Source of the DNA: a bacterium
GTDB lineage: Bacteria > Zhuqueibacterota > QNDG01 > DSAB01
Assembly: GCA_011388275.1 (NCBI GenBank)
Contig: DSAB01000119.1
Location: forward strand, 41,285-105,284
Length of the DNA stretch: 64,000 nucleotides
Direction: 5' to 3'
Positions 56,618 through 64,000 of the stretch are shown in pieces. Below the pieces are notes generated by a model. That model saw only the letters and a list, made by a program, of their open reading frames with translations. It ran no database searches and was not told the DNA's origin. Every line of letters starts with the position of its first letter. The stretch's first letter is position 1. The position numbers and the translations under genes were made by a program.

Positions 56618-57301
56618 TTATTTGATCACTCCGTCTCTCAATGTAATGACACGATCGCCCTGTTCGGCGAGTTCCGGATTATGAGTAACAACGATCAGCG
56701 TCTTGCCCTTCTTTCGCACCATCTCCCACATCAGCCTATGCAGCAACCGGCTGCTTTTTAGATCCAGATTACCTGAAGGCTCATCAGCCAGTATGAGAAG
56801 CGGGTCATTGACCAGCGAACGGGCAAAAGCGACTCTCTGCTGTTCACCACCCGATAATTCTCGCGGCCTGTGGGTTAAACGATGATGCATTTCAACTGAT
56901 TCCAGCAGTCTTTCGGCTCTTTCCATGGCCTCTTTTCTGGGCAATCGGGCGATGAGTCCGGGCATCGCCACATTCTCGAGTGCCGTAAATTCAGGCAGTA
57001 AATGATGAAACTGGAAGACGAATCCAACCGTTTGATTTCGAAAATGGGCCAAATTTTGATCCCGCTGGGAAAAAACATCCATACCGGAGATCCATACACT
57101 CCCCCGATCGGGCCGGTCCAGCGCGCCCAGAATATGCAACAATGTGCTTTTTCCGGCTCCGGATCGACCCATGACAATAACGATTTCACCGGTCCGAACT
57201 TCCAGATCGATATCCTTCAGCACTTTCAGTTCATTGCCACCCATATAAAAAGAGCGTTGAATGGCCTGGGTCCGGAGAATGATCGCCTCGGTTTCTTTCA
57301 A
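56618..57301 (-). CDS. lolD: Lipoprotein-releasing ABC ATP-binding protein
   Basis: GRSGAGKST, GFVFQFHHLLPEFTALEN, LSGGEQQRVA, ADEPSGNLD. Confidence 0.92.
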   Translation of the reverse strand: MKETEAIILRTQAIQRSFYMGGNELKVLKDIDLEVRTGEIVIVMGRSGAGKSTLLHILGALDRPDRGSVWISGMDVFSQRDQNLAHFRNQTVGFVFQFHHLLPEFTALENVAMPGLIARLPRKEAMERAERLLESVEMHHRLTHRPRELSGGEQQRVAFARSLVNDPLLILADEPSGNLDLKSSRLLHRLMWEMVRKKGKTLIVVTHNPELAEQGDRVITLRDGVIK

Positions 57302-57314
57302 TGTTTAGTATCTC

Positions 57315-58553
57315 CTATTCATATCGAATCGCATTAACCGGATCCAGTCTGGCAGCCCATCGGGCCGGATAAACGGAGGAAATCAAACAGATGATTACAG
57401 CCGCGGTTCCAATCAGCAAAAAATCCATGGATTGCATCTTCACCGGAAGGAAGTTGATAAAATAGACGTCTCCCGGGATGGATAGAAACCGGTATTTCAA
57501 CTGGGCCCAGCAAACCGAATAGCCGATACCGAGACCCAAAGAAGAGCCGATGAGGCCTACGACCAGTCCTTCATATATAAAGATTCGCATAATTTCCGCA
57601 GAACCCGCTCCCATGGATTTCAATATCCCGATCTCCCTGGTTTTCTCCATGACAACCATGATCAGTGTACTGATTATATTAAAGGCGGCCACCAGAATGA
57701 TCAGGCACAAAATAATAAACATGGCCCATTTTTCGAGCTGAATCCAGGAAAAGAGGGTCTTTCTCATTTCAAACCAGGTATTTGGGAAATAAGGGAAACC
57801 GAGGCGCTTGTCTATCATTTTAGATACACTCTCCGCACGATACAGATCGTCCAGACGGATCTCGATTCCTGAAACCCGATTCCCTTTCTGAAAAAGTTCC
57901 TGGGCGGATTCAATGGAGATGTAGGCATAGGCGTTGTCGTATTCAAACATTCCCGTTTCGAAAAATCCGGTGACAATGAATTGCTTGACCGGCGGCATCT
58001 GGAACATGGATCGAACGCCTGTCAGACTGACGAGGATGACTTCATCACCCAGATCCAAATAGAGACGATCGGCCAGATATCTTCCCACGACAATCCCGGG
58101 AAGATCTTTCATCCCAGGCCGATGCACCGGTTCGAGGTGCAAATCACCATAGATGATGTTTTTCGGCAGATCGGATACTCGATGCAGCGTGGATGGTTCC
58201 GCTCCTCTTATCAAGACGCCATCACTCTCACGACCCGAACGCAGCATCGCTTTTTCATCAATATAGGGGGACATACCGATAATATGGGGAATATCGCTGA
58301 TGGAATCCATAACCGCTTGCGCATTTTCAATGCCCTGATCATGAAAAGTGCGTAATCGAATATGTGTGTCGAAACCGACGATTCTTGTTCTGACCTCATT
58401 CTCAAACCCATTCATCACGGAAAGCACAATGATCAGCGCTGCGACACCGATCGTCACACCCAGAATGGAAATATAGGAAATCAGATTGATGAAGCCGGTT
58501 TTTTGCCGGGCTTTCAAATAACGCTGCGCGATAAACATTTCATAGGGAACCAT
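57315..58553 (-). CDS. lolC/lolE: Lipoprotein-releasing ABC permease LolC/E
   Basis: FIAQRYL, ALIIVLSVMNGFE, VAAFNIISTLIM.V.EK..EIGILKSMG, YPARWAA..DP. Start set at ATG 58553. Confidence 0.93.
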   Translation of the reverse strand: MVPYEMFIAQRYLKARQKTGFINLISYISILGVTIGVAALIIVLSVMNGFENEVRTRIVGFDTHIRLRTFHDQGIENAQAVMDSISDIPHIIGMSPYIDEKAMLRSGRESDGVLIRGAEPSTLHRVSDLPKNIIYGDLHLEPVHRPGMKDLPGIVVGRYLADRLYLDLGDEVILVSLTGVRSMFQMPPVKQFIVTGFFETGMFEYDNAYAYISIESAQELFQKGNRVSGIEIRLDDLYRAESVSKMIDKRLGFPYFPNTWFEMRKTLFSWIQLEKWAMFIILCLIILVAAFNIISTLIMVVMEKTREIGILKSMGAGSAEIMRIFIYEGLVVGLIGSSLGLGIGYSVCWAQLKYRFLSIPGDVYFINFLPVKMQSMDFLLIGTAAVIICLISSVYPARWAARLDPVNAIRYE

Positions 58554-58554
58554 C

Positions 58555-60087
58555 TCAGTGTTTCTCCGAAGCGGATGAATCGATCTCCGGCCGCATTTGT
58601 GGAAAAAGAATGACATCCCGGATTGAAGCGGAATCGGTTAAAAGCATCACGAGCCGGTCGATTCCGATACCCAACCCCCCCATGGGCGGCATACCGTATT
58701 CCATGGCGCCCAGATAATCTTCATCGATGACCATGGCCTCTTCATCTCCACGGTCACGCAGCTTTGCCTGATTCTCAAATCGTTCACGCTGGTCAAGGGG
58801 GTCGTTCAGCTCGCTGAATGCGTTGCAGATCTCCCTGCCCATGATATATCCCTCAAAACGCTCCACCACCCCCGAAAGATTCCGGTGTTTCCTGGCAAGG
58901 GGAGAAATTTCGACAGGATAATCCATGATAAAAGTCGGCTGCAGAAGATGGGGTTCGACACACTGACTGAAAATGGCGTCCAGTATGGCCCCTTCGGTGA
59001 ACATTTTTTCTTTTTGAATTCCTTTTTCTGCAGCCGCTTTCTTCAGTGTATTCAAGTCATCGCCCGAAAGGTCCATGCCGGTATGTTTTTTAATGGCTTC
59101 GAAATAGGAAAGCCGCTTCCATGGAGGTGTGAAATCGATATGAGAATTGCCATAAGGGATTCTCAGGTCTCCATGAACATCACGGCAAATGGATGCCAGC
59201 ATATCCTCGACCAGATTCATCATGAAATGATAATCCTCAAAAGCGACATAGAGTTCCATCATGGTAAATTCGGGATTGTGATCACGATCCATCCCTTCGT
59301 TTCTGAAATCCTTGGAAATTTCATATACCCCTTCAAATCCTCCAACGATCAACCGCTTCAGATACAGCTCATCGGCGATACGCAGATACAGAGTCATGTC
59401 CAGACGGTGATGATGTGTGGTAAATGGACGGGCAAAAGCGCCTCCATACAGGGGTTGAAGAATGGGTGTTTCGACTTCGAGATATCCTTTACCTTCCAGA
59501 TACCGGCGCATGGATGAAACAATTTTCGAACGTTTCCGAAATACCTCCATGACATCGGGGTTGACCAATAAATCGACGTATCTTTTTCGATATCGCGATT
59601 CCTTGTCCGCAAACTGATCATAGATGATTTTTTCATCATCCTGTATTTTCTCTTTGACGATCGGAAGCGGCCGCAGTGATTTAGCCAAAACGGTCAGTGA
59701 TTCGATAGAAATGGTGATTTCACCGGTTCTGGTGGTAAATACCGTGCCTTCAACACCGATAATATCTCCAAGATCCAACAGTTTAAAAATATCGAATGTT
59801 TTCTCATCGACCTGATCTTTTCTTGAATAAATCTGAATTCGCCCGCTGTCATCCTGCAAATGCGCGAACCCGGCTCCACCCATGCGACGAAGAGACATGA
59901 TTCTTCCGGCCGCCGAAACCCGCGGCTTCTCCTCACCCTCTGACAAATCCAGAGAAAGAATATCGGCGGCTTTATGCGTTCGGTCGAACCGGCAGCCATA
60001 TGGGTTGACGCCCATGGATTCCATTTTCTTCAGCTTTTCAAGTCGTGTATTTCTCAGTTCATCAAAGAGATCCAACCGTTCCTCCAT
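58555..60087 (-). CDS. lysS: Lysine-tRNA ligase (class II)
   Basis: OB-fold (AGRIMS.R.MG), YLRIADELYLKRL, FRNEG.D..HNPEFT, GLGIGIDRL. Confidence 0.97.
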   Translation of the reverse strand: MEERLDLFDELRNTRLEKLKKMESMGVNPYGCRFDRTHKAADILSLDLSEGEEKPRVSAAGRIMSLRRMGGAGFAHLQDDSGRIQIYSRKDQVDEKTFDIFKLLDLGDIIGVEGTVFTTRTGEITISIESLTVLAKSLRPLPIVKEKIQDDEKIIYDQFADKESRYRKRYVDLLVNPDVMEVFRKRSKIVSSMRRYLEGKGYLEVETPILQPLYGGAFARPFTTHHHRLDMTLYLRIADELYLKRLIVGGFEGVYEISKDFRNEGMDRDHNPEFTMMELYVAFEDYHFMMNLVEDMLASICRDVHGDLRIPYGNSHIDFTPPWKRLSYFEAIKKHTGMDLSGDDLNTLKKAAAEKGIQKEKMFTEGAILDAIFSQCVEPHLLQPTFIMDYPVEISPLARKHRNLSGVVERFEGYIMGREICNAFSELNDPLDQRERFENQAKLRDRGDEEAMVIDEDYLGAMEYGMPPMGGLGIGIDRLVMLLTDSASIRDVILFPQMRPEIDSSASEKH

Positions 60088-60095
60088 GTCTCATT

Positions 60096-61191
60096 TTATG
60101 AATACTCAAGCAGATAACCCTTTACAAATGGATCCAGAAAACCGTCCATGACTTTCTGAATATCCGATGTTTCGACATTGGTACGATGATCTTTTACCAG
60201 AGTATAGGGCTGAAATACATATGAACGGATCTGGCTCCCCCAGGCGATCTCTTTTTTATTTTTTTCAATCGCCTCCAGGCGTTTTGACTCTTCTTCCTTC
60301 TTCTTCTGTTATAGACGGGACAGGAGAATTTTCATCGCGTTTGCTTTATTCTGATGCTGTGACCGTTCACTTTGACATTGTACAACCAGACCCGTTGGAA
60401 TGTGGGTTATTCGAACCGCTGAACTGGTCTTGTTGACATGCTGTCCTCCGGCACCCGAGGCTCGATACGTATCAATACGCAGATCGGAAGGATTGATATT
60501 GACTTCAATATTCTCTTCCACTTCCGGATAGACGAAAACCGATGCAAAAGAGGTGTGACGCCGTTTGTTGGAATCAAAGGGTGATATTCGCACTAAACGA
60601 TGCACACCGGCTTCGGCCTTCAGATATCCATAGGCATATTCGCCGGAGACCTCCAGGGTGACGCTTTTCAATCCCGCTTCTTCTCCGGACTGCAAATCAA
60701 GCACGTCAAAAGAAAAACCTTTTTGCTGAAAGAAGCGGGTATACATGCGGAAAAGCATTTCGGCCCAATCCTGGGATTCGGTACCACCCGCCCCGGGATG
60801 AATCGTCACGATCGCGTCAGAAGAATCATCCTCACCCCCAAGCATCCTCCTCAATTCCAGATTGTCCAGATCTTTTTCGATTTGATCCGCATCCCTGGAA
60901 AGATCCGCAAGAGCCGCCTCATCTTCCTCTTCTTCGACCATACCGAACATAAGAAGGGACTCCTCGATTTTTTCATGAAGGGAGTCCCAGGCATCGGTCC
61001 AGTCTTTTAAATTGTTTATCTCTTTAAGAACCGCCTGAGCTTCTTCCTGATTATTCCAGAAATCGGATAAAGCGCTTTGAGCCTGTAGTTTCTCGAGACG
61101 ATTTTTTCGGGCATCGATGTCAAAGATGCCTCCGTAATTTTTCCAGCCGGTCCAGCGATTCCTCAAGTCGTTCTCGCAACTCTGCAGCCAT
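60096..61191 (-). CDS. prfB: Peptide chain release factor 2, with programmed +1 frameshift and an extra in-frame TAA at 60311-60309
   Basis: Frame 0: ATG 61191, [23 protein letters not shown], then CTT TGA C. +1 frame carries SPF (ISPFDS) and GGQ. After SRL-TAA the frame continues QKKKEEE...[23 protein letters not shown]...MDG.LD.F to TAA at 60098-60096. Confidence 0.93.
61119..61133 (-). other. prfB programmed +1 ribosomal frameshift signal
   Basis: CGGAGG CAT CTT TGA C: internal SD-like GGAGG (61133-61129) and slippery CTTTGAC (61125-61119), matching the canonical RF2 signal. Confidence 0.95.
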
Positions 61192-61242
61192 GGTTTCCCC
61201 TTGTCAGACCTGAAGCGGATATCCCTTCAGAACATGTTTTGA

Positions 61243-62832
61243 TTATTGATAAATCTGATGCATCTTGCCGCCCTTGAAATAATGATTCAGAATATTCAAA
61301 TAGGATTGCCCCTCATGAGCCATTACTGTTGCGCCGGTCTGGCACAAACCGGCGCCATGTCCCAATCCGGCGCCTATGAATCGAAATGAAAGCGGTATTC
61401 CGTCAACACCCAGCTCTGACTCGATGATAAAACAGCTGCTTTGAAGTATATCCCTGTCCAGAGTCTGTCGAATATTAATATCTTTGGTAATATAAAGATT
61501 CTTTCGGCTGCCGATTATTTCGATTTCCTTTAAACGGCCCGAATTCCCGCGTTTTACGGGAACAATATCAAAAAGAGTGCCTATATCTTCTCCGGTTTTC
61601 TCAATGATGATTTCTTCAAGTTTTTTCCGGGAATGGGTAACTTCCCATCGAAAAGCCTCTCCTGCGTTTTCCAGAAGGGGGTACCATTCGTGTATTTGCG
61701 GATTGCAATAGACTTTCGGATTGGACTTGATCCAATCGTCAACATGTCCTTCTTTATTGAGGTTCTTGCGTCTGTGATTGGATTTTCCGTCATAGACGGA
61801 TTGTAATCCCGGCGCGTACGGCTTCGAATGAATCGGATGATTGTCAGAAGTATGCCCCCCGCAGAGCCTGCTGTACAGAGTCTCGCATATTTGGCGATTG
61901 GAATACAACACTTCACCGCGTGTAGCGTGAATGGCTTTCAAGACGGTTTCATGAACTTTGGTATTATCGATAAACAGCTGGCAGTGATGGTCGCTGCAGA
62001 AATCAAAAGGCTCATTGGGATGGAATAAACCGAGATTGGCCAAAGCCAGGCCCCGGGACGCTACCGCCTGACTCTTCAAGGCTTCTATGGGATCTTTGGG
62101 ATCCATGACAGCGGATAGAACCCCTTCCAGATATTTTTCCAATGGAATTTCACAGATCGCCATAATATTTCCATGATCTCCGATCCGGAAAGTAATAGGG
62201 CCCTGAAACCTTTTCTTTATTTTCTTTTCAAATGGGAAAGATTTAGAGACCATCACGTCGAACAATTCCGTTTCGGTGTCATTGACCAATGGTCGTAACG
62301 TCAGTTGATTCTGAAGTTTGGATGAACGCTCATATTGAGCGTCAAATATTTCGAGCACACCTCTCGATTCGCGGATTTTCTCATGGATAACTTCAACTTC
62401 GTACTCAGACTTTCCAGACCATTGAAAATGATAGGCCTCTGTCGATGAATTGAACTCCCCGACCAGAACCTGAAGCTGCCGATTGTCTGTAAGATGTTTT
62501 TCGTTTAGAAGAATGACACCTCCCAGTTCCCGAATTCGGACATTCAACCCCTGCTTATTGAGCTGATCGGCAATCTCTCCGGCCTCAACCTCATCCTGAG
62601 TGGTATGAACCAGAATGGAATAGATAAACTGAGCCGGCTCATAGGATTCCATCTTGACACGCCAATGCAGACCGGACCTGAGAGGGCCGATGATGGTTTC
62701 ACCACTGTTATTCTCAATACTGAACTCATCGGTAACCTGAAAATCCAGTGAATGATTGCCGCCTGCAACATTGACACGCAAAACAGGCTCATTTGTAAAA
62801 TGCCGCAATATGCGTCTTGATTTTTCGCCCAT
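61243..62832 (-). CDS. SpoIID/LytB-domain protein (catalytic Glu apparently replaced)
   Basis: PLEKYLEGVLSAVM, EALKSQAVASR, FCSDHHCQ, T.GEVL, YS..CGG, GLGHGAGLCQTGA..MA..G......L.HYF. Confidence 0.85.
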   Translation of the reverse strand: MGEKSRRILRHFTNEPVLRVNVAGGNHSLDFQVTDEFSIENNSGETIIGPLRSGLHWRVKMESYEPAQFIYSILVHTTQDEVEAGEIADQLNKQGLNVRIRELGGVILLNEKHLTDNRQLQVLVGEFNSSTEAYHFQWSGKSEYEVEVIHEKIRESRGVLEIFDAQYERSSKLQNQLTLRPLVNDTETELFDVMVSKSFPFEKKIKKRFQGPITFRIGDHGNIMAICEIPLEKYLEGVLSAVMDPKDPIEALKSQAVASRGLALANLGLFHPNEPFDFCSDHHCQLFIDNTKVHETVLKAIHATRGEVLYSNRQICETLYSRLCGGHTSDNHPIHSKPYAPGLQSVYDGKSNHRRKNLNKEGHVDDWIKSNPKVYCNPQIHEWYPLLENAGEAFRWEVTHSRKKLEEIIIEKTGEDIGTLFDIVPVKRGNSGRLKEIEIIGSRKNLYITKDINIRQTLDRDILQSSCFIIESELGVDGIPLSFRFIGAGLGHGAGLCQTGATVMAHEGQSYLNILNHYFKGGKMHQIYQ

Positions 62833-63004
62833 TCGGTTTAGATCGGATCCTTTCGGTTTTCATATTGCTGCGATCAATTGATCACAGGAAAATAGCGGCA
62901 AGCCACAGAGCTCGCTGAAAAAATAATAAAATTTTGGAATTTTTCTCCCCGTTTTCCGATCGCTGCTGTTTGCCTAAAAAAGGAAACCACGTAAAGGCTT
63001 ATTA

Positions 63005-63033
63005 AATATACGGAAAATAGATATTAATGTCAA
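63005..63033 (-). promoter_or_regulatory. Sigma70-type promoter for the SpoIID-like-prfB-lysS-lol run
   Basis: TTGACA (63033-63028), 17 nt, TATATT (63010-63005). Confidence 0.75.
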
Positions 63034-63107
63034 GACATCCAAATTTCCATTATCCAGCCTTTTTTTTCATATAAGAAAGTCTCTGTAAACAGATCTAACT
63101 CGTTCTT

Positions 63108-63929
63108 TCAGCGTAAAAAGCTTTCCAGTTCGATCTGTGCCTTTGTTTTGTCGTCTTTGTATTTAATGATGATCGGTGTCAAGACAGACAATCCCCATTC
63201 CCTGCCCGCGGAAGAAAGAACAGGTCGGGTTCCGGGTATAACAACGGCACGCGGCGGTATCTGCAGCGGGGACTCTTCCGTTTTCTTATAGATTTTACCC
63301 AATACAAGATCATACACAGGTGTCGATCCCGTAATCACGGTTCCCGCTCCAATGACGGCTCCCTTTCTGACAACCGTTCCTTCATAGATACCGCAATTGC
63401 CGCCGATAAGCACATCGTCTTCAATAATGACCGGAAGAGACCCAATGGGCTCCAGAACACCGCCTATCTGTGAACCGGCACTGATATGAACCCTTTTCCC
63501 GATCTGGGCACAGGAGCCAATCAGTGCATGAGAATCAACCATGGTCTGATCATCGACATACGCACCGACATTGATATACATGGGCGGCATGCAGGTAACC
63601 TGTTTACCGATATAGCATCCGTTCCGGATTGAAGAACCGCCTGGAACGATTCTGAGCCCATGTTTCATGGATAGTGTTTTAAGTGGAAAAGTGGATTTGT
63701 CATAAAAAGAAAAAGACTCGAAAGAATAATCCGATATTTCGCCAAGGCGGAAACCGAGCAGGATCCCTTTTTTAACCCATCCATTGACTGTCCATCGGTC
63801 ATCTTTTTTCTCGGCAGCCCGAACAGAACCGTCATTCAGGGCTTGCATAAACTCTTCAAACGTCTTCAGGGCTTCCGCTTCATCCAGGGTCCCTTCGAAA
63901 GCCGCTTCAATCCGGTTTATCAGGCTCAA
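63108..63929 (-). CDS. dapD: Tetrahydrodipicolinate N-succinyltransferase
   Basis: W.VNGWVKKGILLGF, FYDK, RIVPG, MPPMYINVGAYVD..TMVD, CAQIG..VH.S.G..IGGVLEP. Confidence 0.95.
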   Translation of the reverse strand: MSLINRIEAAFEGTLDEAEALKTFEEFMQALNDGSVRAAEKKDDRWTVNGWVKKGILLGFRLGEISDYSFESFSFYDKSTFPLKTLSMKHGLRIVPGGSSIRNGCYIGKQVTCMPPMYINVGAYVDDQTMVDSHALIGSCAQIGKRVHISAGSQIGGVLEPIGSLPVIIEDDVLIGGNCGIYEGTVVRKGAVIGAGTVITGSTPVYDLVLGKIYKKTEESPLQIPPRAVVIPGTRPVLSSAGREWGLSVLTPIIIKYKDDKTKAQIELESFLR

Positions 63930-63951
63930 AATAGTTCCTCATTTTTTTCAG

Positions 63952-64000
63952 TCACTGTATCAACGACAGGTCCTTTAAACATTGATATAATTTCTCTCTG
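63952..64000 (-). CDS. 3' end of an upstream CDS, possibly DapA
   Basis: ...REKLYQCLKDLSLIQ* resembles DapA C-terminal helices and precedes dapD; only 15 codons are visible. Confidence 0.35.
   Translation of the reverse strand, partial: REKLYQCLKDLSLIQ

Noticed and set aside
8488-58616. Long N-terminal extensions in ORF-track calls (rsmB, fmt, yajC, lnt, GT4 at 28349, formyltransferase, psd, OMP, lolC/E)
   Set aside because: They overlap upstream genes; shorter starts with SD sequences or ATGA coupling match the family N-termini.
5701-60311. Genome-wide reassignment of TAA to Tyr as an explanation for both in-frame TAA cases
   Set aside because: yajC (9427), the PASTA gene (6375), wecB (29430) and prfB itself (60096) end at TAA at expected C-termini, and readthrough would overlap downstream genes out of frame.
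62872-62883. 12-bp palindrome GATCAATTGATC upstream of the SpoIID-like gene
   Set aside because: Single short palindrome in a GATC-rich sequence; plausible by chance.
1-64000. CRISPR arrays, tRNA/rRNA genes, IS elements, prophage or defence genes
   Set aside because: No regularly spaced repeats, cloverleaf motifs, transposases or phage hallmark proteins; the intergenic gaps are too short or are explained otherwise.

Overview
A 64-kb bacterial chromosomal segment in which every supportable gene (about 60) lies on the minus strand. A Bacteroidetes-type RpoZ, PorV-like barrels, a T9SS/FlgD-type C-terminal domain and BamD/Lnt/Lol point to a diderm organism allied to the FCB group (KSB1/Calditrichota-like; inference, not searched). 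In transcription order, from high to low coordinates: dapA(partial)-dapD; SpoIID/LytB-like gene-prfB-lysS-lolC/E-lolD; small unknown ORF-clpC-Tat DUF362-NapH/NapG-like ferredoxin-OMP; cdsA; a highly palindromic 490-bp intergenic region; an atypical OmpR-family regulator heading a tightly coupled 21-kb Wzx/Wzy exopolysaccharide locus; a PorV-like gene; then a long housekeeping run (yicC-gmk-rpoZ-coaBC-udg-dnaB-relA/spoT-IHF/HU-ruvX-lnt ... bamD-nadD-mlaEF-radA-tgt-yajC-fmt-rsmB-PASTA-rpe ... xerD), an S8 protease and a partial EndoQ-family gene. The EPS locus has an unusually large tailoring set: ATP-grasp ligase, pyruvoyl Psd-like decarboxylase, N-formyltransferase, B12 radical SAM enzyme, two deacetylases (one apparently circularly permuted), a QW-repeat toroid and a SAM methyltransferase. 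Main anomalies: (1) prfB has the classic +1 frameshift and also an in-frame TAA at a conserved Tyr, with 70 intact RF2 codons behind it; (2) the EPS tailoring cassette; (3) nested, mutually exclusive inverted repeats upstream of the EPS operon; (4) a probable ATT start or readthrough right after rpe; (5) a SpoIID-like protein lacking the catalytic Glu. No rRNA, tRNA, CRISPR array or mobile element was recognised. All assignments come from motif recognition by eye; no database search was run.
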